DNA of 64,000 nucleotides from Marsupella aquatica. Lineage: Eukaryota > Plantae > Marchantiophyta. The translations under genes were made by a program, and so were the position numbers. Positions 1 to 11,404 of the stretch are shown here, one piece after another. A model generated the notes under the pieces. The model made no database searches. It saw nothing but the letters and a program-made list of their open reading frames with translations, and had not been told where the DNA came from. Position 1 is the first letter of the stretch. Every line of letters starts with the position of its first letter. The stretch spans positions 4,529,241-4,593,240 of the forward strand of contig OZ316899.1 of NCBI GenBank assembly GCA_973895155.1, given 5' to 3'.

Positions 1-6
1 CTTAGT

Positions 7-260
7 GGCTCCCTAAAGACCTTGAGCCCTCCTGCAAGCTCTTGCATAGGGCAATGAGCCCAGGTTAAATGTTCCCAAGGGAAGGGAGTGTTTTGCTCCC
101 CCTCTTCAATGCTCTTTCATAGGGCCTCAAGCCGGCTCCCTAAAGACCTTGAGCCCTCCTTCAAGCTCTTGCATAGGGCAATGAGCCCAGGTTAAATGTT
201 CCCAAGGGAAGGGAGTGTTTTGCTCCCCCTCTTCAATGCTCTTTCATAGGGCCTCAAGCC
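7..260. repeat. 127-bp direct tandem duplication (2 copies)
   Basis: ggctccctaaagaccttgagccc...agggcctcaagcc occurs at 7-133 and again at 134-260, near-identical. Partial related motifs (aagggaagggag) continue to ~420. Confidence 0.9.
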
Positions 261-696
261 CTGCTATGGATTGCAAGCTCCCAAGGGAAGGGAGACTTGT
301 AGCTTGTACTGGGCAGGGTACAAGGACCTTTAATGCCCCCTCATACTCCCTTCCTAATTGATTTGGGCCTCATGCCCTCACACCTTGAGCTCCCATGAGA
401 AGGGAGCTTTGAACTCCCCTTCTCCACTTAATGCAGTACCTTTGGGTACTCAGTACCTCTCCTACATGCTTGTACCACCATGAGGACTCTACTATGGCCC
501 TAATTGCCTCGCGTATCTCCGCCCCCTCCTGCCCAATGTGAACACTGCAATTCTGTCTGCAGTGTCACATAAAGCTGCAATATGGCAATGACAAGGCACA
601 AAGAAAGAAAATTGTTGAATTGTGCTCCCAATATCCTTTGGAAACACTATGACATGTCCAATACTTCAATGAAGTTTCAATCGGGAAATTGTCATC

Positions 697-712
697 CACT
701 AGTACATTTTTG
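697..712 (+). repeat. CACTA left terminal inverted repeat
   Basis: CACTAGTACATTTTTG preceded by TSD ATC. Confidence 0.93.
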
Positions 713-936
713 ACGACTTTCCGATACTCAAAACGTGACTATTTTGTCATGTCCGAACCCGAGAGAATCGGACGTTGTCCGATACAAATACCATTGTAAT
801 GTCCGATGTGCGCTGCATCGGATTTAGTTAGTCCAATGTGTTAATGCAACCAATATCCCACATCGGTTACATCGGAACGTTTCCGAAACAAAATGAATCG
901 GACATTTGACCATAAAAGTATTGTCAAAGGTCAGAT

Positions 937-3341
937 TGTGACGCCGATGACATGGTCCTTATTCTATAATCTGAGTAACTAGGTTGCTGTATGCAAGGAG
1001 TAGCTATTGATACCGCATAACAATTAGCAAGATGGCAAGAATAAGGGCAATCATGGCGTTAAGAGTAGGGAAATAAAAGCTATGTCGCGGGTGGTCGGCG
1101 ACCATATCTCTTTCAATATGTCACCAAATCCGGATCTGTAAAGAGCATTGGAAAGATCTGGTCAAGGCGAGTAAAATCGATACAAAACACTTGAGAAACG
1201 GAGGTGTATTAAGGAAGATACGGCCTGATTAGTGTGACAGGTTAACTTGTGGCCGAAATTAGCGGGTTCGGCTTCAGTTTCGGGTTAACCCAAGCTCGGC
1301 CACGGCTTAGCTTAGGTAAGCACGGCTTCAGCTTATCTCAGGTAAGCACGGCTTCAGCTTAGCTCAAGTAAGCACAGCTTCAGCTTAGGCTTAACCCGGG
1401 TTCGGGTTAGACTTAACTCGGGTTAGCCTAAACTCGGGCTCAGGTTAGCATAGGTAAGCTCGGGTTCGGGCTCAGCTTAGGCTAGGTTAGCGGATAGCGG
1501 ATTGCGGGTAGCGGCCTAACCCGAGACCATGGGTTAGATAGGATAGCTAGGTTAGCCGAACTCGGGTTAGCTATGTAACTCGGGTTAGCGCAGCAGTGAG
1601 TACCCCCTCTCGGTTGCGGGGGCATAACTCTCTGTGTATTTGACCAAATCGGCTATAATTGACCTCGTTGGAAAGAGGAGCTCAAGCCGCTTCCAACGCT
1701 GCTATCCACGCAGCAAATGGTTGAATAGAGAAATTGGGAGAGGAGGCGCAAGCTCGCAAAAACCATGGAGGAGGGCCCAAATCTGAAGTACATAGCCAAT
1801 TCGAGATAGAAATAAAGTTGCGAGTTAGGGTTCAGTAGTTAGAGATAGTGGCGGCTCTGTTAGGGCTGGGATGGGGCTCCAACAGCGTAGTATCCACCCA
1901 TTTGGGCTCAGTATGAGAGTATATAGAGCAGCCCCCCGGTAGAGGCAAGGGGGGGTGGACTTCAGTTGTGTGATCTCACGTAGACTAAGCAGCAGGGAGG
2001 AGCTCTGTGCAAGCAAGGCTGGACTTGGACGCTGCGTGTTGGGGAGAGCTTGGTTGTGCTATTACTCAGGGAGTAATCAGCCAAGCTTCACAGCTGCAAC
2101 GGGTTGCTAGGTTTGCGAGCTGGATTGTGGCTCTTTCTAGTGGGCAGCACAACTGGGTTCTTTTCCCCCGATACAGAGCCTTGGTGATAGGTGATGTATT
2201 GGTGATTGTAAACTGTGGGGAAGATTTCAATTTGATTTGTGGTGAGCACATTAGGGAGGTTGAGACACTGATTGAGGGGCAGCAGGAGGAGCATTTACAG
2301 TTCAGTCTGGCAAGGCTACGTGATCCATGGGGAGTCCCGGCCTTTGTCTGGTGGAGAGCACTAAGGGATCTATGGCCAGAGCTGAGCTTGCAAGGCAAGC
2401 GTGAGGCCGGGCCTCATTGTAGCCTGGGGTAGATCGCCGTTAGGCCTGGTACCAGCTTTGAAGTTGAGGCAATTGTGCATGCGTAACTTGACATTCTGAA
2501 ATGGAGGTGTGAGATCTGTACGTGTCCCCAAGAATGAAATGCAGTGAAGGAGGTTGAGTTCAGGATTGAGTTTGCAATGCAAGTACGGGATTGGTTTGAG
2601 TCCAATCTGCCGTCGCAATCTGGAGTGAGCCGGGCTCAGGTTCAGGATTGAGCTTGCATGGCAAGCACGGGGCTTGTGGGGCAAGCACGTCGCAATCTGG
2701 AGGAGACAGCCTTCGGGCCTAGTGTTCGGATCAAGTGTTCTCAGTGAACTATTGTGCACATCTTTGAATCTAATTGAGTTTTCCTCTTAGGCCTCATTTC
2801 TCTCATGGATGTGTGTGTGTGTGTGAGGCAATCTGAGTGTATGATGGGACTAGCAGCGCCACTAAGAGGTGTACCGGGTGCATTGAAGTGGGTTGGGTGA
2901 GGGCTATCACAGCTCTGATTGCTGAGAGTGGAATGGCAGAGTGGTGGGGCAATGGCTTAGAAGTCCCTAAGCCGGGAATCAGTTAGGAGTCACTGGTTTA
3001 TGGGTACATTCCGGCGGCGGAATAGAAATATACCTATGACAGTAAGCATACGTATAGACATATGCGCACCGTAGTGCTAGGCCCTGTGTGTGCGGGCCCA
3101 ATATGAAGACCCCTTATTACCAGAACTATCATGAGCACGGATCTGATTCTCAACCTTGGTTCTTAGGGATTGAGCTTGGGTGATGTGTGACGGAGTCTTG
3201 TTATGATAGTCTGGTGTTAAGGACATAAATTGGTGTTTACCGGCCTTCACAACATCCCTTCGTGATCCTCAGGTACAAGGAGATGGTTTTGGCAACCATA
3301 ATGACGTTTTTGATGTTAAGACCCATGTCAATCGCGTGACA
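937..3341 (+). mobile_element. Solo LTR (2405 bp) of a gypsy family related to element A
   Basis: Starts TGTGACGCCG and ends CGTGACA (same termini as LTR A). 5-bp TSD CAGAT at 932-936 and 3342-3346. Carries the TTCCGGCGGCGGAA motif found in the other LTRs. No gag/pol. Confidence 0.85.
1262..1590. repeat. Minisatellite/low-complexity array inside the solo LTR
   Basis: Three to four ~20-26-bp units CACGGCTTCAGCTTAGCTCAGGTAAG (1301-1390), embedded in pentamer-based GGTTA/GCTTA/CTCGG/TTCGG repeats. Confidence 0.8.
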
Positions 3342-3827
3342 CAGATCTTCAGGTTATCGGATATAATGTGCGTAATTGACAACATCGGATATTGTCCGAT
3401 GTTGATTACAACGGAGATGTTTTTTGTAATAGAATGCTACGGACATGAATTGCGTAAGGTAAAGAATCGGAAACATTTCTGAAGCGTTCAATATTGGACC
3501 TTTCTTTTGGAACATTGGACGAGGGGTCCGATGCTCCCAATATCGGATGTGAGTGTTCCGATAGTTTTGATATTGGACAATTTCTGCGATTGAGCCTTTT
3601 GTGCTCCAATGCATATCCGATGCAAGTTTCATCAGATAGACCATTGGACACTGGTTATCTTGAGGTTCTTAGTTGAGTGGGGTTGAGAGAAGTATTAGAG
3701 ATACTTTATGGAATATGTTTTATGCAAGAGTGGACATTGAGAAACAAATATAGTGCCGAGAAATATATAATGTCGGGAAAATAAACACAAATATGGTAGG
3801 GGGCTAGCTATAGTTGCTGCTTACTAG

Positions 3828-6160
3828 CTAAGTGGTGGAGGGGATGTCATCATCTTCCACTACAACTACGTTGGGTCTATCTTGGACTATGGATCGTGAT
3901 CGAGGGATATATGGCATCACAATAGACCAATTTGAGTCATCCAGACAAGGTAGGTAAAAACATTGCTCAAGGTGATGTGGGAATGCAAACGGATCTGAAG
4001 ACCTCCAATTTGAGCTGATAACACTTGTCTTCAATCGAGTAAATCCGCATGCATCATCTTCACATGTACGATTGTGGCCCACAAGATTCATCTTGAACCA
4101 TTTGCACTTCAATACCACTTCCTCCAATGAAAGTAGTATGTGCATGGTACTTCACAGTTAGGATCTCCTCAATCTTTCCATAATGAGCGATAGTTTACCG
4201 AATAGGATTCCTGTCCGATGTGCTGCTCTGTGAATCCTGGGTGAACCAACCCATGACCCCACAATCTTGTGTAGTTGCCCTATTCTCATCAAGTCGTTCC
4301 ACATGAAAGTGTCTTCCCTTGGACCACATGGCAGTCCGAGTTGTGACTATAAGTAGTGGACCATGAACAAGGATACGAAGCTTATCAGTCACCTCTGGAT
4401 AATGCAATACACTCTCCCCTGTACCCACCAAGGCATCCACTTCTAACAATTTTGACTTCATGTATGGGTGAAACTTAGGAAATATCCGTGGTCATCGACT
4501 ATTTTGCTTCTCTTCCTCATAAAACGATGTCCACTCCCCTACGAGGTGTTTACAAAAGACAGTAAACAGGAAACAGGATTTAATAACAGAAATTGGTAAC
4601 AGGAAAAAAAACTGGTAACAAGAAAATGGGTGAAAATTTTTTTTGATTTTTTTTTTGATTTTTTTTTTAGAAAAAAAAAGAAATTATTTTTTGGTCGACC
4701 TTTTTTTTTTGCTAGCGCTCGGCGCTGCTAATAGTAGCGCCCAAAGCTAGCCAAAAATGTTGCATTGTTAATTTTTTTTGGAAATAACATGTTTTTGAAG
4801 ACATTTTTAAATTGTGATTTTTCCTGGTAACAGTGATTTTTTCCTGGTAACAGCATATTAAAAACAGGAAAAAAAATTCTATTTACCTGTTTCCTGTCTC
4901 CGTCGCTATACCCTCCCCTACAACCTCTAGTGAGTTGTAGAACATAAATGTTATGTGTTGCAAACGCTCCGCTGAGCTTAAGAGACGCTCTTTTGATGCC
5001 CCAGTGAGTCTTTCATCCTCGTAGTCCGCCTCTCGTGCCGCCTCATCTATCCATCCCCTAGGAGCATTTGGATCTAGTGTGTCAACTATGTTTGTACAAT
5101 AAAACATACTCTCTACTCCAAGATGACGCTCTGCAATGCTACCTTCCATCCTAGCGCAATTAGAGACATACAATTTCATCACTCCCATATAACGCTCTAC
5201 CCAATACATCCATCGACAATGCACTGGGCCTGCAATTGCAACCTCACGCACTAAATGTATGAGAAAATGAACCTGACCATCAAATATTGAGGGAGGGAGT
5301 GCCTTCTCCAACTTGCACACAACTCTACTCCAAATGTCTCCATTGCGGTAATGTCATCCTCTCGTACCTCCTTTTGACATACCCATCTCAAAAGCTTGCC
5401 CAATGACCAAAGGGCATCACGAAGTTCCTCACTACCCAATTTAATAATTGCAACTAGAATGACATGTTCAAGCAACCGATGAAAATAATGTGTTTTCAAG
5501 TAAGATGGCCATTTTGGAGAATCATCTCCGCCAAATGCTTTCTGGAGATTTGCCCCATAACCTGTGGGAAACCTCATTGATCCGATACGTCTGCGAAACT
5601 CAGTGCGCTCTGCCCTACTCAAAACCCAAGGAGGATGGATGTTGGGGGGTCACCAGGGGGGTCCAAAGATGGCCAAAAACCAAGAAGACTATGCATCCCC
5701 ATCTCCTCACAACTTTCTCTCTAGTTGTGGTTCTTTTCCCCATATAGATGACAAATCAATGGTCTGCCCACATTCCCCTCAATGTGCATCGGATCTAACA
5801 AGTGATTAATGGGCAACTCTGACCAATATGGCAATTGTGACAATGCAGAGAAACGGGTCATGCCACATCGGAGAATTTGTAATGGATCATCTGGGTCTTG
5901 AACTCTTTCCCATACCTCTCTCCAATATGTTGGACCCTTTTGCTGAGGTTGAGGACGAGTACCGGGTTGGCCATCTTCAGTATCATACAAGAAATGATCA
6001 CTCCTCCAAGGATGGTCTTCTGGAAGATATTTGGTATGGCCAATGTAAACTATCTTACGCAAAGTACTTGACTTGCGTTTTGCCACACCCTCCAAATCTG
6101 GTCCGCACGAAGGGCAAGCTCTATAGCCTGATGTTTGCAATCCAGAGATATATCCAAACC
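3828..6160 (-). pseudogene. CACTA TnpD-type transposase, central and C-terminal exons (Transposase_21 end, DUF4218-like, DUF4216-like); stops and frameshifts
   Basis: Motifs GYRACPSC...YIGHTKYLPEDHPWR...LPYWSELPINHLLDPMHIEGNV; LEKALPPSIFDGQVHFLIHLVREVAIAGPVHCRWMYWVERYMG; TTQDCGV; VVLKCKWF...DPFAFPHHLEQCFY...W. Intron ~4524-4886. In-frame TAG and frame breaks near 5720, 5630 and 5320. Confidence 0.9.
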
Positions 6161-6237
6161 CTGCGCTTGATCAATACACAACCAGCCAATGAAAGTAAGT
6201 TAAATGATACAAATTATAACCAAAAAAATTACTTAAT

Positions 6238-6401
6238 TGTTGTGTGACAATGGAGAGACTTGCAACTCGCTATTGTGTTCCATTATGGGTGTGACTTATA
6301 TAGTCACCATAGGGTTACATGTTGGGGTTGGTGTTAACCCATGTTACCCCTTCAGGATAGGGTTAGGGGTTAACCATGGTCTAGAGTAAATGGTTACAAC
6401 A
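6238..6401 (-). repeat. Copia 3' LTR (164 bp)
   Basis: Identical to 11862-12025; PPT adjacent. Confidence 0.97.
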
Positions 6402-6410
6402 CTTCCCCTT
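6402..6410 (-). promoter_or_regulatory. Copia polypurine tract
   Basis: Minus strand AAGGGGAAG immediately before the TG of the 3' LTR. Confidence 0.85.
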
Positions 6411-6763
6411 GGAGAGTTTAGGGGTATAAAATCACCACACTACTAACCCTATGTTTATTTTTGGTGCTACCCCATTAAAACCTTCTGCTTTCTTCATAAG
6501 GAAAAAGGGTTCTAGCCACCATTAGTAGGATTTTCTTAAATTTGCACTAAGGTGAGTCTACCTTATAATTTGTCCAAATGTAAAGTTTAATTTGGGTCCC
6601 CTATTACTAAAACTACTTCCCCTTAGTTTAAATGGGGTGTTTACGATAATAATTATTCTATCTTGTATTGGTATGAAAAATCGTATTCTGTCTATGTATA
6701 CAGGAACGAAAGTTTTAGGTTGCATCGTCGTCGAGTCGGCTGTCGTCTGTCGGCTCGAGCTGC

Positions 6764-9700
6764 TCATTCAAACTGTGGAGTTTCTCTCGTTTGTGTGTCG
6801 ACGGGCAGGCGCAATGTCGACAATCTTGTCATGCCGATCGCTGCTACGTGCTTTCGATGGAGGCTGGCGGGTAATGGCTTCGTGAATAGATCAGCACAGT
6901 TCTCCTGGGAGCTCTTCCAGTGCACATTGATGTGCTGCCCTATCTGTTCATGGGTAAAGAAAAATTTTGGGTCGATATGCTTCGTGCGGTCTGTCTTCAT
7001 ATATCCTGCATTGATTTGGTCCACGCAAGCTTTGTTATCTTCATGGATAATCGTCGGTTTGGTGAGTAGTGGCTTACCAGTATTCTTGCGGATGTGGTTT
7101 ATGATGTTTCGAAGCCATAGCGCTTCTCTTGTTGCTTCGTAAAGAGCTATTACTTCTGAATGATTGGACGATGTGGTAGTCAAGGTTTGTTTTGTACTGC
7201 GCCATGATATTGCTGTGTTGCCTTGCAAGAAGACATAACCAGTCTGAGATTTCGAGTCATGCGGATCGGATAGATATCCAGCGTCCGCGTATCCTTGCAG
7301 TTCATCCGGGTTATCATTGGCGAAATACAGGCCCATATCCATGGAGCCTTGAAGATAACGAAATAGTCGTTTGATGCCGTTCCAGTGGCGAATAGTAGGT
7401 TGGGCGCTATGTCGTGCCAAGAGACTCACTGCAAATGAAATGTCGGGACGGGTGTTGTTCGCCAGATAGAGGAGAGCTCCGATTGCAGATAAATAAGGCT
7501 TTTCTGCATCAAGAAGTGGTTCATTTTCTTGTCTCCTTCTAAACATATCTTTAGTGGTGTCCAGGGATCGCATCTCCATGGGAGTCGAGACTGAGTAAGC
7601 ATTCTGCATGTTAAACTGTCGAAGAATTTTCTTTGTGTAAGTTGATTGACTAATAAACATACCTTGTGGCAGGTGGTCGAACTGTAGACCGAGGCAATAC
7701 GTCGGTTCTCCCAGTTCTTTCATTTCGAAGATGCCCTTCATTGTATTAATAGTCTGCTTTAATAGCTTGGGGGTGCCGAACAGATTGACGTCATCAACAT
7801 ATAGTGCTAATATCACGAACTCAGGTGCTAGGTGTTTTATAAAAATGCAAGGGGCGAGGTCGTCATTTATAAAGCCAAGAGTCTGCATCTTAGTTTTGAA
7901 TGTCTGATACCAGATGCGTCCGCTCTGTTTCAGTCCGTTTATTGATTTAAGGACTTGCACAGCAAATGCCTGCTGTCCAGTCCCATATTTACCTGGGTAC
8001 TGGAGTGGTTCTTTGAGTGTGTTGCCACTGCTCAACACTAGGCCTTTAATGTCATCATCAGGGACAATCTGTCGAAGTCCCGACTTCATGTCCTGACTTA
8101 GGGTATGTATATTCTTCCCCTGGATGTGCTCTACCACTCTTTCGAGCAATTCCTTTGGAGCTTTCATATATATTTCGGAGTCTAAGACTCCATATAGGTA
8201 CGCAGTTACCACGTCCATGAGTATGTTTTTGAGTTTATGCTTTCTTGAAAAAGATATTAAGTACCTAAAGGTAGTTACATCCATAACTGGCGAATAGGTT
8301 AAATCGTAATCCCTTCCAGGGATTTGGGTGTAGCCTTTCGCTACAAGCCTTGCTCGATATCTTATGACATCTCCTTGGGCATTGCGTTTTCTAATGAATA
8401 TAAAACGACTATCTGTATAGTCATTCTTTGGTTGTACAACCTTAACTGGGCCGAATACTTGTCTTTTGATTAATGCGTCCATTTCTGTATTGATAGCCTC
8501 TCTCCACTGTGGCCAATCGGGCCTTTTCTGTGCTTCTTTGATTGTATAGGGATCAGGTGTATCATTTGAGATGGATTGGGCTATATGATAAGCAAACTGC
8601 TCGTCTATTATTGTGTTTGATCGAGCATAAATGTGTCCTGTGTGTGTGTATTGAATAGACATTTCTTCATTATCTGGTGCCCTCTTTTTCTCTGGTTCGA
8701 TACTGACCAGATTAAATGTGGTTTCAGTATTTACCGTTTGTGTACGTCTCTGGCGAGGGCGAGAATCAGTGGATCCTAGTGGGCGTCCTCTCTTCGCCTT
8801 AGGTAAGGTTTCCTTTGCTTGAGTTGGCAGCAGCTGAATCCGAGCTGGGGTATTGACTGCTTCAACATGTGATCTGGTCACATTTGCTGCGTCATTGAAA
8901 GCGTCAGGAATCTTTTCCAACATTTCGTGGAGATGTAATAAGCGCCTTACCTCCTCGTCTGCACTTTGAGTTCTTGGATCTTGATTGAGTAGATTTCTGC
9001 TATTCCAATTGAGCTGTACTGGTGTTATGTCGTGTGATGTAGTTGGCGCCTTAAGTAATGAGGGGAAAATTTCCTCATAGAAATGGCAGTCAGCGTGTCT
9101 TGCTTTAAATACATCAGCTGTGCTAGGTTCCAGATAGCGGATAATAGACGAGGAGTCATGGCCAATATAAATACCTTCTCTCCTCTGTGGGCCAAGTTTG
9201 GATCGATGTGGCCCAAGGATGGGTACCATCACTTTACATCCGAATACTCTAATGTGTGAAAGGTCAGGGGGTAAACCGAATGCAAGGTGATGAGGGGTTT
9301 TAGTATTAAATGCTGACGGCCGATACTTAAGCAAAGTTGTTGCATGGAGGACAGCGTGTCCCCATGCTGAAGGTGGTAGTTTAGAGTTCAATAGAAGTGG
9401 CCTTGTTATCATTTGAATCCTTTTTATGACTGACTCTGCTATGCCGTTCTGGAAATGGACGTAAGGAACTGAGTATTCAATGTCGATCCCCGCTGTCATA
9501 CAGAAGTCGTCAAATGCTCTGGAGGTAAATTCCCCTGCCCCGTCCACTCGCAATTTCTTAATTGGACAATCTGGGAATTGTACTCGAAGTTTTAATAAGT
9601 TGGCTAAGATTCTGGCAAAGACCAGGTTACGAGTAGAAATTAATGAAACGTGGAGCCATTTAGTTGAAGAGTCTACAATGGCTAAAAAATATCTGAAAGG

Positions 9701-11404
9701 CCCACTTGGAGGGTGTATTGGCCCGCAGACATCAGCATTTAGACGTTCCAGGAATTTAGGGATAGTATAGATGGTCTTTTGTGTAGCTGGGCGTGTACTC
9801 AGCTTCCCCTGAGAACATGCAAGACATTGCTTATGATTTATAGATGGACGCACTCCTTTAGGGATTCCTCGTGAGTCCTTGATGATGCGACGGTACATAT
9901 TTATTCCCGGGTGCCCCAGTCGACAGTGCCAGAGGTATGTAAGATTATTTGATTCTGCTGTGGCATAGTTCGCTGTTATTGGGGCTGCATATAAACCCGG
10001 GGGTATTAGAGGTAGTATCTCTTTGATTTGAATTCCATCTGTGGTCATGGCTACTATTTGCAAAGTAGGTTTCTGCTGGATCATTGCTGTGCGGAGTTGA
10101 TAATTATTAGCAACAACGTCTTTGAAGCTAATCAAATTTCGAGTAGCTTTTGGTGCAAAGATAGCTGCTTCGATGTTAATGACTGTTCCTTGGGGAAATT
10201 TGACAGTAGCCTTTCCTGTTCCTTCCTCAATCTTATTCGTACCTGATATGGTTGTCATTATCCTGGCAGATGGAGTGATATCTTGGAAATAACTCCTATC
10301 TTTTAGGATAGTGTGGGATGTCCCACTATCAATGATACCTAAATTGGGATCGTTGGAGGAGGGATATGGTGGCTCTTCTGTCACCAGATGAGCTTCAGCG
10401 TTGGATTGGTCTATCGTATCATTTTCTTCTCGATAAGATGGTAGCTCCTCTTCCAATTCCATATAGTTGCCATCTGGATTTTGCTTTAACTTAGCTCTTG
10501 CTTCTGAGTGCCTCTTAGCCGCTTGGTCAGAAGCCCAGCAGTCTTTCTTTAGGTGGCCAATTTTTCCACATCTATAACACATTCGGTCTTCTCGTGTGTT
10601 GTCAGATGATTGGGCGTGACCTCTGCCGCGTCCTCTTCCTCTACCCCGGCCACGGCTTCTGCTGCCTCGACCTCTGGTATTTTCATACTGATTTCCCCTT
10701 CCACTATAATTTGAGTTGCGACCTCGTCCTCTATATCCACCTCTTTGTGTACCCCGGCCTCTTATATTTCGTTGTTGGTCTTCTGGGGCATTGTAATTAA
10801 TTTCTGGTTTCTGTGGTATAGGTGCAGTGCCTGGTGGTCGTTTCCTTGCATTCTGTATAGAGACAATTTGTTGTTTCTCCTCTACTAGGAGATGTGCAAT
10901 TAAGTTAGAATAAGTTGTGAATTGCATATTCCTGTATTGAGTTCCCAAGGCGATGTTGGCCTCTGGGAAAGTACTCAACGTTTTATCGATTTTGTCTAAG
11001 TCTGCAACTGGGTGGCCACACATCTCCAATTGAGATGTAATACGAAATAGAGAACTATTATAATTTGCTATAGAAGTATGATCCATGACACGTAGATTAA
11101 ACCAATCCCTGCGGGCTTCTGGGAGCCAGACCTCTCGCATATGGTCAAATCGAGCTTTTAATTTGTCCCATAATAGACGGGGATTAAGATCACTCATATA
11201 TTGTGTCTTCAGTGATGGTGTCAAATGCTGTCTAAGTAGAAATACAGCTTTGGCCTTCTGTTGCAATGTTAAATTGTCATCAGTAATTAATGTATCCTCT
11301 AGTTGTATTGATGCGAAGTAGGTCTCTACATCTATTGACCAGGTTAAGTAATTATTGCCATCTGCCAATAGGGCTGGAAAGTGTAATTTCTCCAGGGTGG
11401 CCAT
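6764..11404 (-). CDS. Copia Gag-Pol polyprotein (gag, CCHC knuckle, protease, integrase, RT, RNase H), 1546 aa, uninterrupted
   Basis: MATLEKLHFPALLADGNNYLTW (Bianca-type gag start); CYRCGKIGHLKKDC; IIDSGTSHT; WHCRLGH...CLAC; DVCGP/VDGAGEF/NGIAES (DDE); ARLVAKGY, LYVDD; YADAG...SEVIAL...EDN...ADLFTK. Confidence 0.97.
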   Translation of the reverse strand: MATLEKLHFPALLADGNNYLTWSIDVETYFASIQLEDTLITDDNLTLQQKAKAVFLLRQHLTPSLKTQYMSDLNPRLLWDKLKARFDHMREVWLPEARRDWFNLRVMDHTSIANYNSSLFRITSQLEMCGHPVADLDKIDKTLSTFPEANIALGTQYRNMQFTTYSNLIAHLLVEEKQQIVSIQNARKRPPGTAPIPQKPEINYNAPEDQQRNIRGRGTQRGGYRGRGRNSNYSGRGNQYENTRGRGSRSRGRGRGRGRGRGHAQSSDNTREDRMCYRCGKIGHLKKDCWASDQAAKRHSEARAKLKQNPDGNYMELEEELPSYREENDTIDQSNAEAHLVTEEPPYPSSNDPNLGIIDSGTSHTILKDRSYFQDITPSARIMTTISGTNKIEEGTGKATVKFPQGTVINIEAAIFAPKATRNLISFKDVVANNYQLRTAMIQQKPTLQIVAMTTDGIQIKEILPLIPPGLYAAPITANYATAESNNLTYLWHCRLGHPGINMYRRIIKDSRGIPKGVRPSINHKQCLACSQGKLSTRPATQKTIYTIPKFLERLNADVCGPIHPPSGPFRYFLAIVDSSTKWLHVSLISTRNLVFARILANLLKLRVQFPDCPIKKLRVDGAGEFTSRAFDDFCMTAGIDIEYSVPYVHFQNGIAESVIKRIQMITRPLLLNSKLPPSAWGHAVLHATTLLKYRPSAFNTKTPHHLAFGLPPDLSHIRVFGCKVMVPILGPHRSKLGPQRREGIYIGHDSSSIIRYLEPSTADVFKARHADCHFYEEIFPSLLKAPTTSHDITPVQLNWNSRNLLNQDPRTQSADEEVRRLLHLHEMLEKIPDAFNDAANVTRSHVEAVNTPARIQLLPTQAKETLPKAKRGRPLGSTDSRPRQRRTQTVNTETTFNLVSIEPEKKRAPDNEEMSIQYTHTGHIYARSNTIIDEQFAYHIAQSISNDTPDPYTIKEAQKRPDWPQWREAINTEMDALIKRQVFGPVKVVQPKNDYTDSRFIFIRKRNAQGDVIRYRARLVAKGYTQIPGRDYDLTYSPVMDVTTFRYLISFSRKHKLKNILMDVVTAYLYGVLDSEIYMKAPKELLERVVEHIQGKNIHTLSQDMKSGLRQIVPDDDIKGLVLSSGNTLKEPLQYPGKYGTGQQAFAVQVLKSINGLKQSGRIWYQTFKTKMQTLGFINDDLAPCIFIKHLAPEFVILALYVDDVNLFGTPKLLKQTINTMKGIFEMKELGEPTYCLGLQFDHLPQGMFISQSTYTKKILRQFNMQNAYSVSTPMEMRSLDTTKDMFRRRQENEPLLDAEKPYLSAIGALLYLANNTRPDISFAVSLLARHSAQPTIRHWNGIKRLFRYLQGSMDMGLYFANDNPDELQGYADAGYLSDPHDSKSQTGYVFLQGNTAISWRSTKQTLTTTSSNHSEVIALYEATREALWLRNIINHIRKNTGKPLLTKPTIIHEDNKACVDQINAGYMKTDRTKHIDPKFFFTHEQIGQHINVHWKSSQENCADLFTKPLPASLHRKHVAAIGMTRLSTLRLPVDTQTRETPQFE

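Larger units (their letters stand above)
713..3660. repeat. Left subterminal array of TCCGAT/ATCGGA motifs, split by the solo LTR (713-936 and 3347-3660)
   Basis: Many (A/G)TCCGAT/ATCGGA-like hexamers in both orientations on each side of the solo LTR. Typical CACTA subterminal organisation. Confidence 0.75.

Noticed and set aside
1228-1240. TAGTG / TGTGACA as a possible CACTA or LTR terminus
   Set aside because: No matching inverted terminus or TSD; it lies inside the TSD-defined solo LTR 937-3341.
1301-1390. Short direct repeats as a CRISPR-like array
   Set aside because: No unique spacers and no cas genes; eukaryotic LTR context. It is a minisatellite.
2007-2432. 141-aa ORF as a host gene
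   Set aside because: Inside a solo LTR, no recognisable motif, no canonical ATG start, surrounded by stops.
4620-4860. Poly-T/poly-A runs and a small direct repeat (gtgatttttcctggtaacag x2) as a retroposed poly(A) tail
   Set aside because: No TSD or SINE/LINE body; it lies within a transposase intron and looks like ordinary AT-rich intron sequence.
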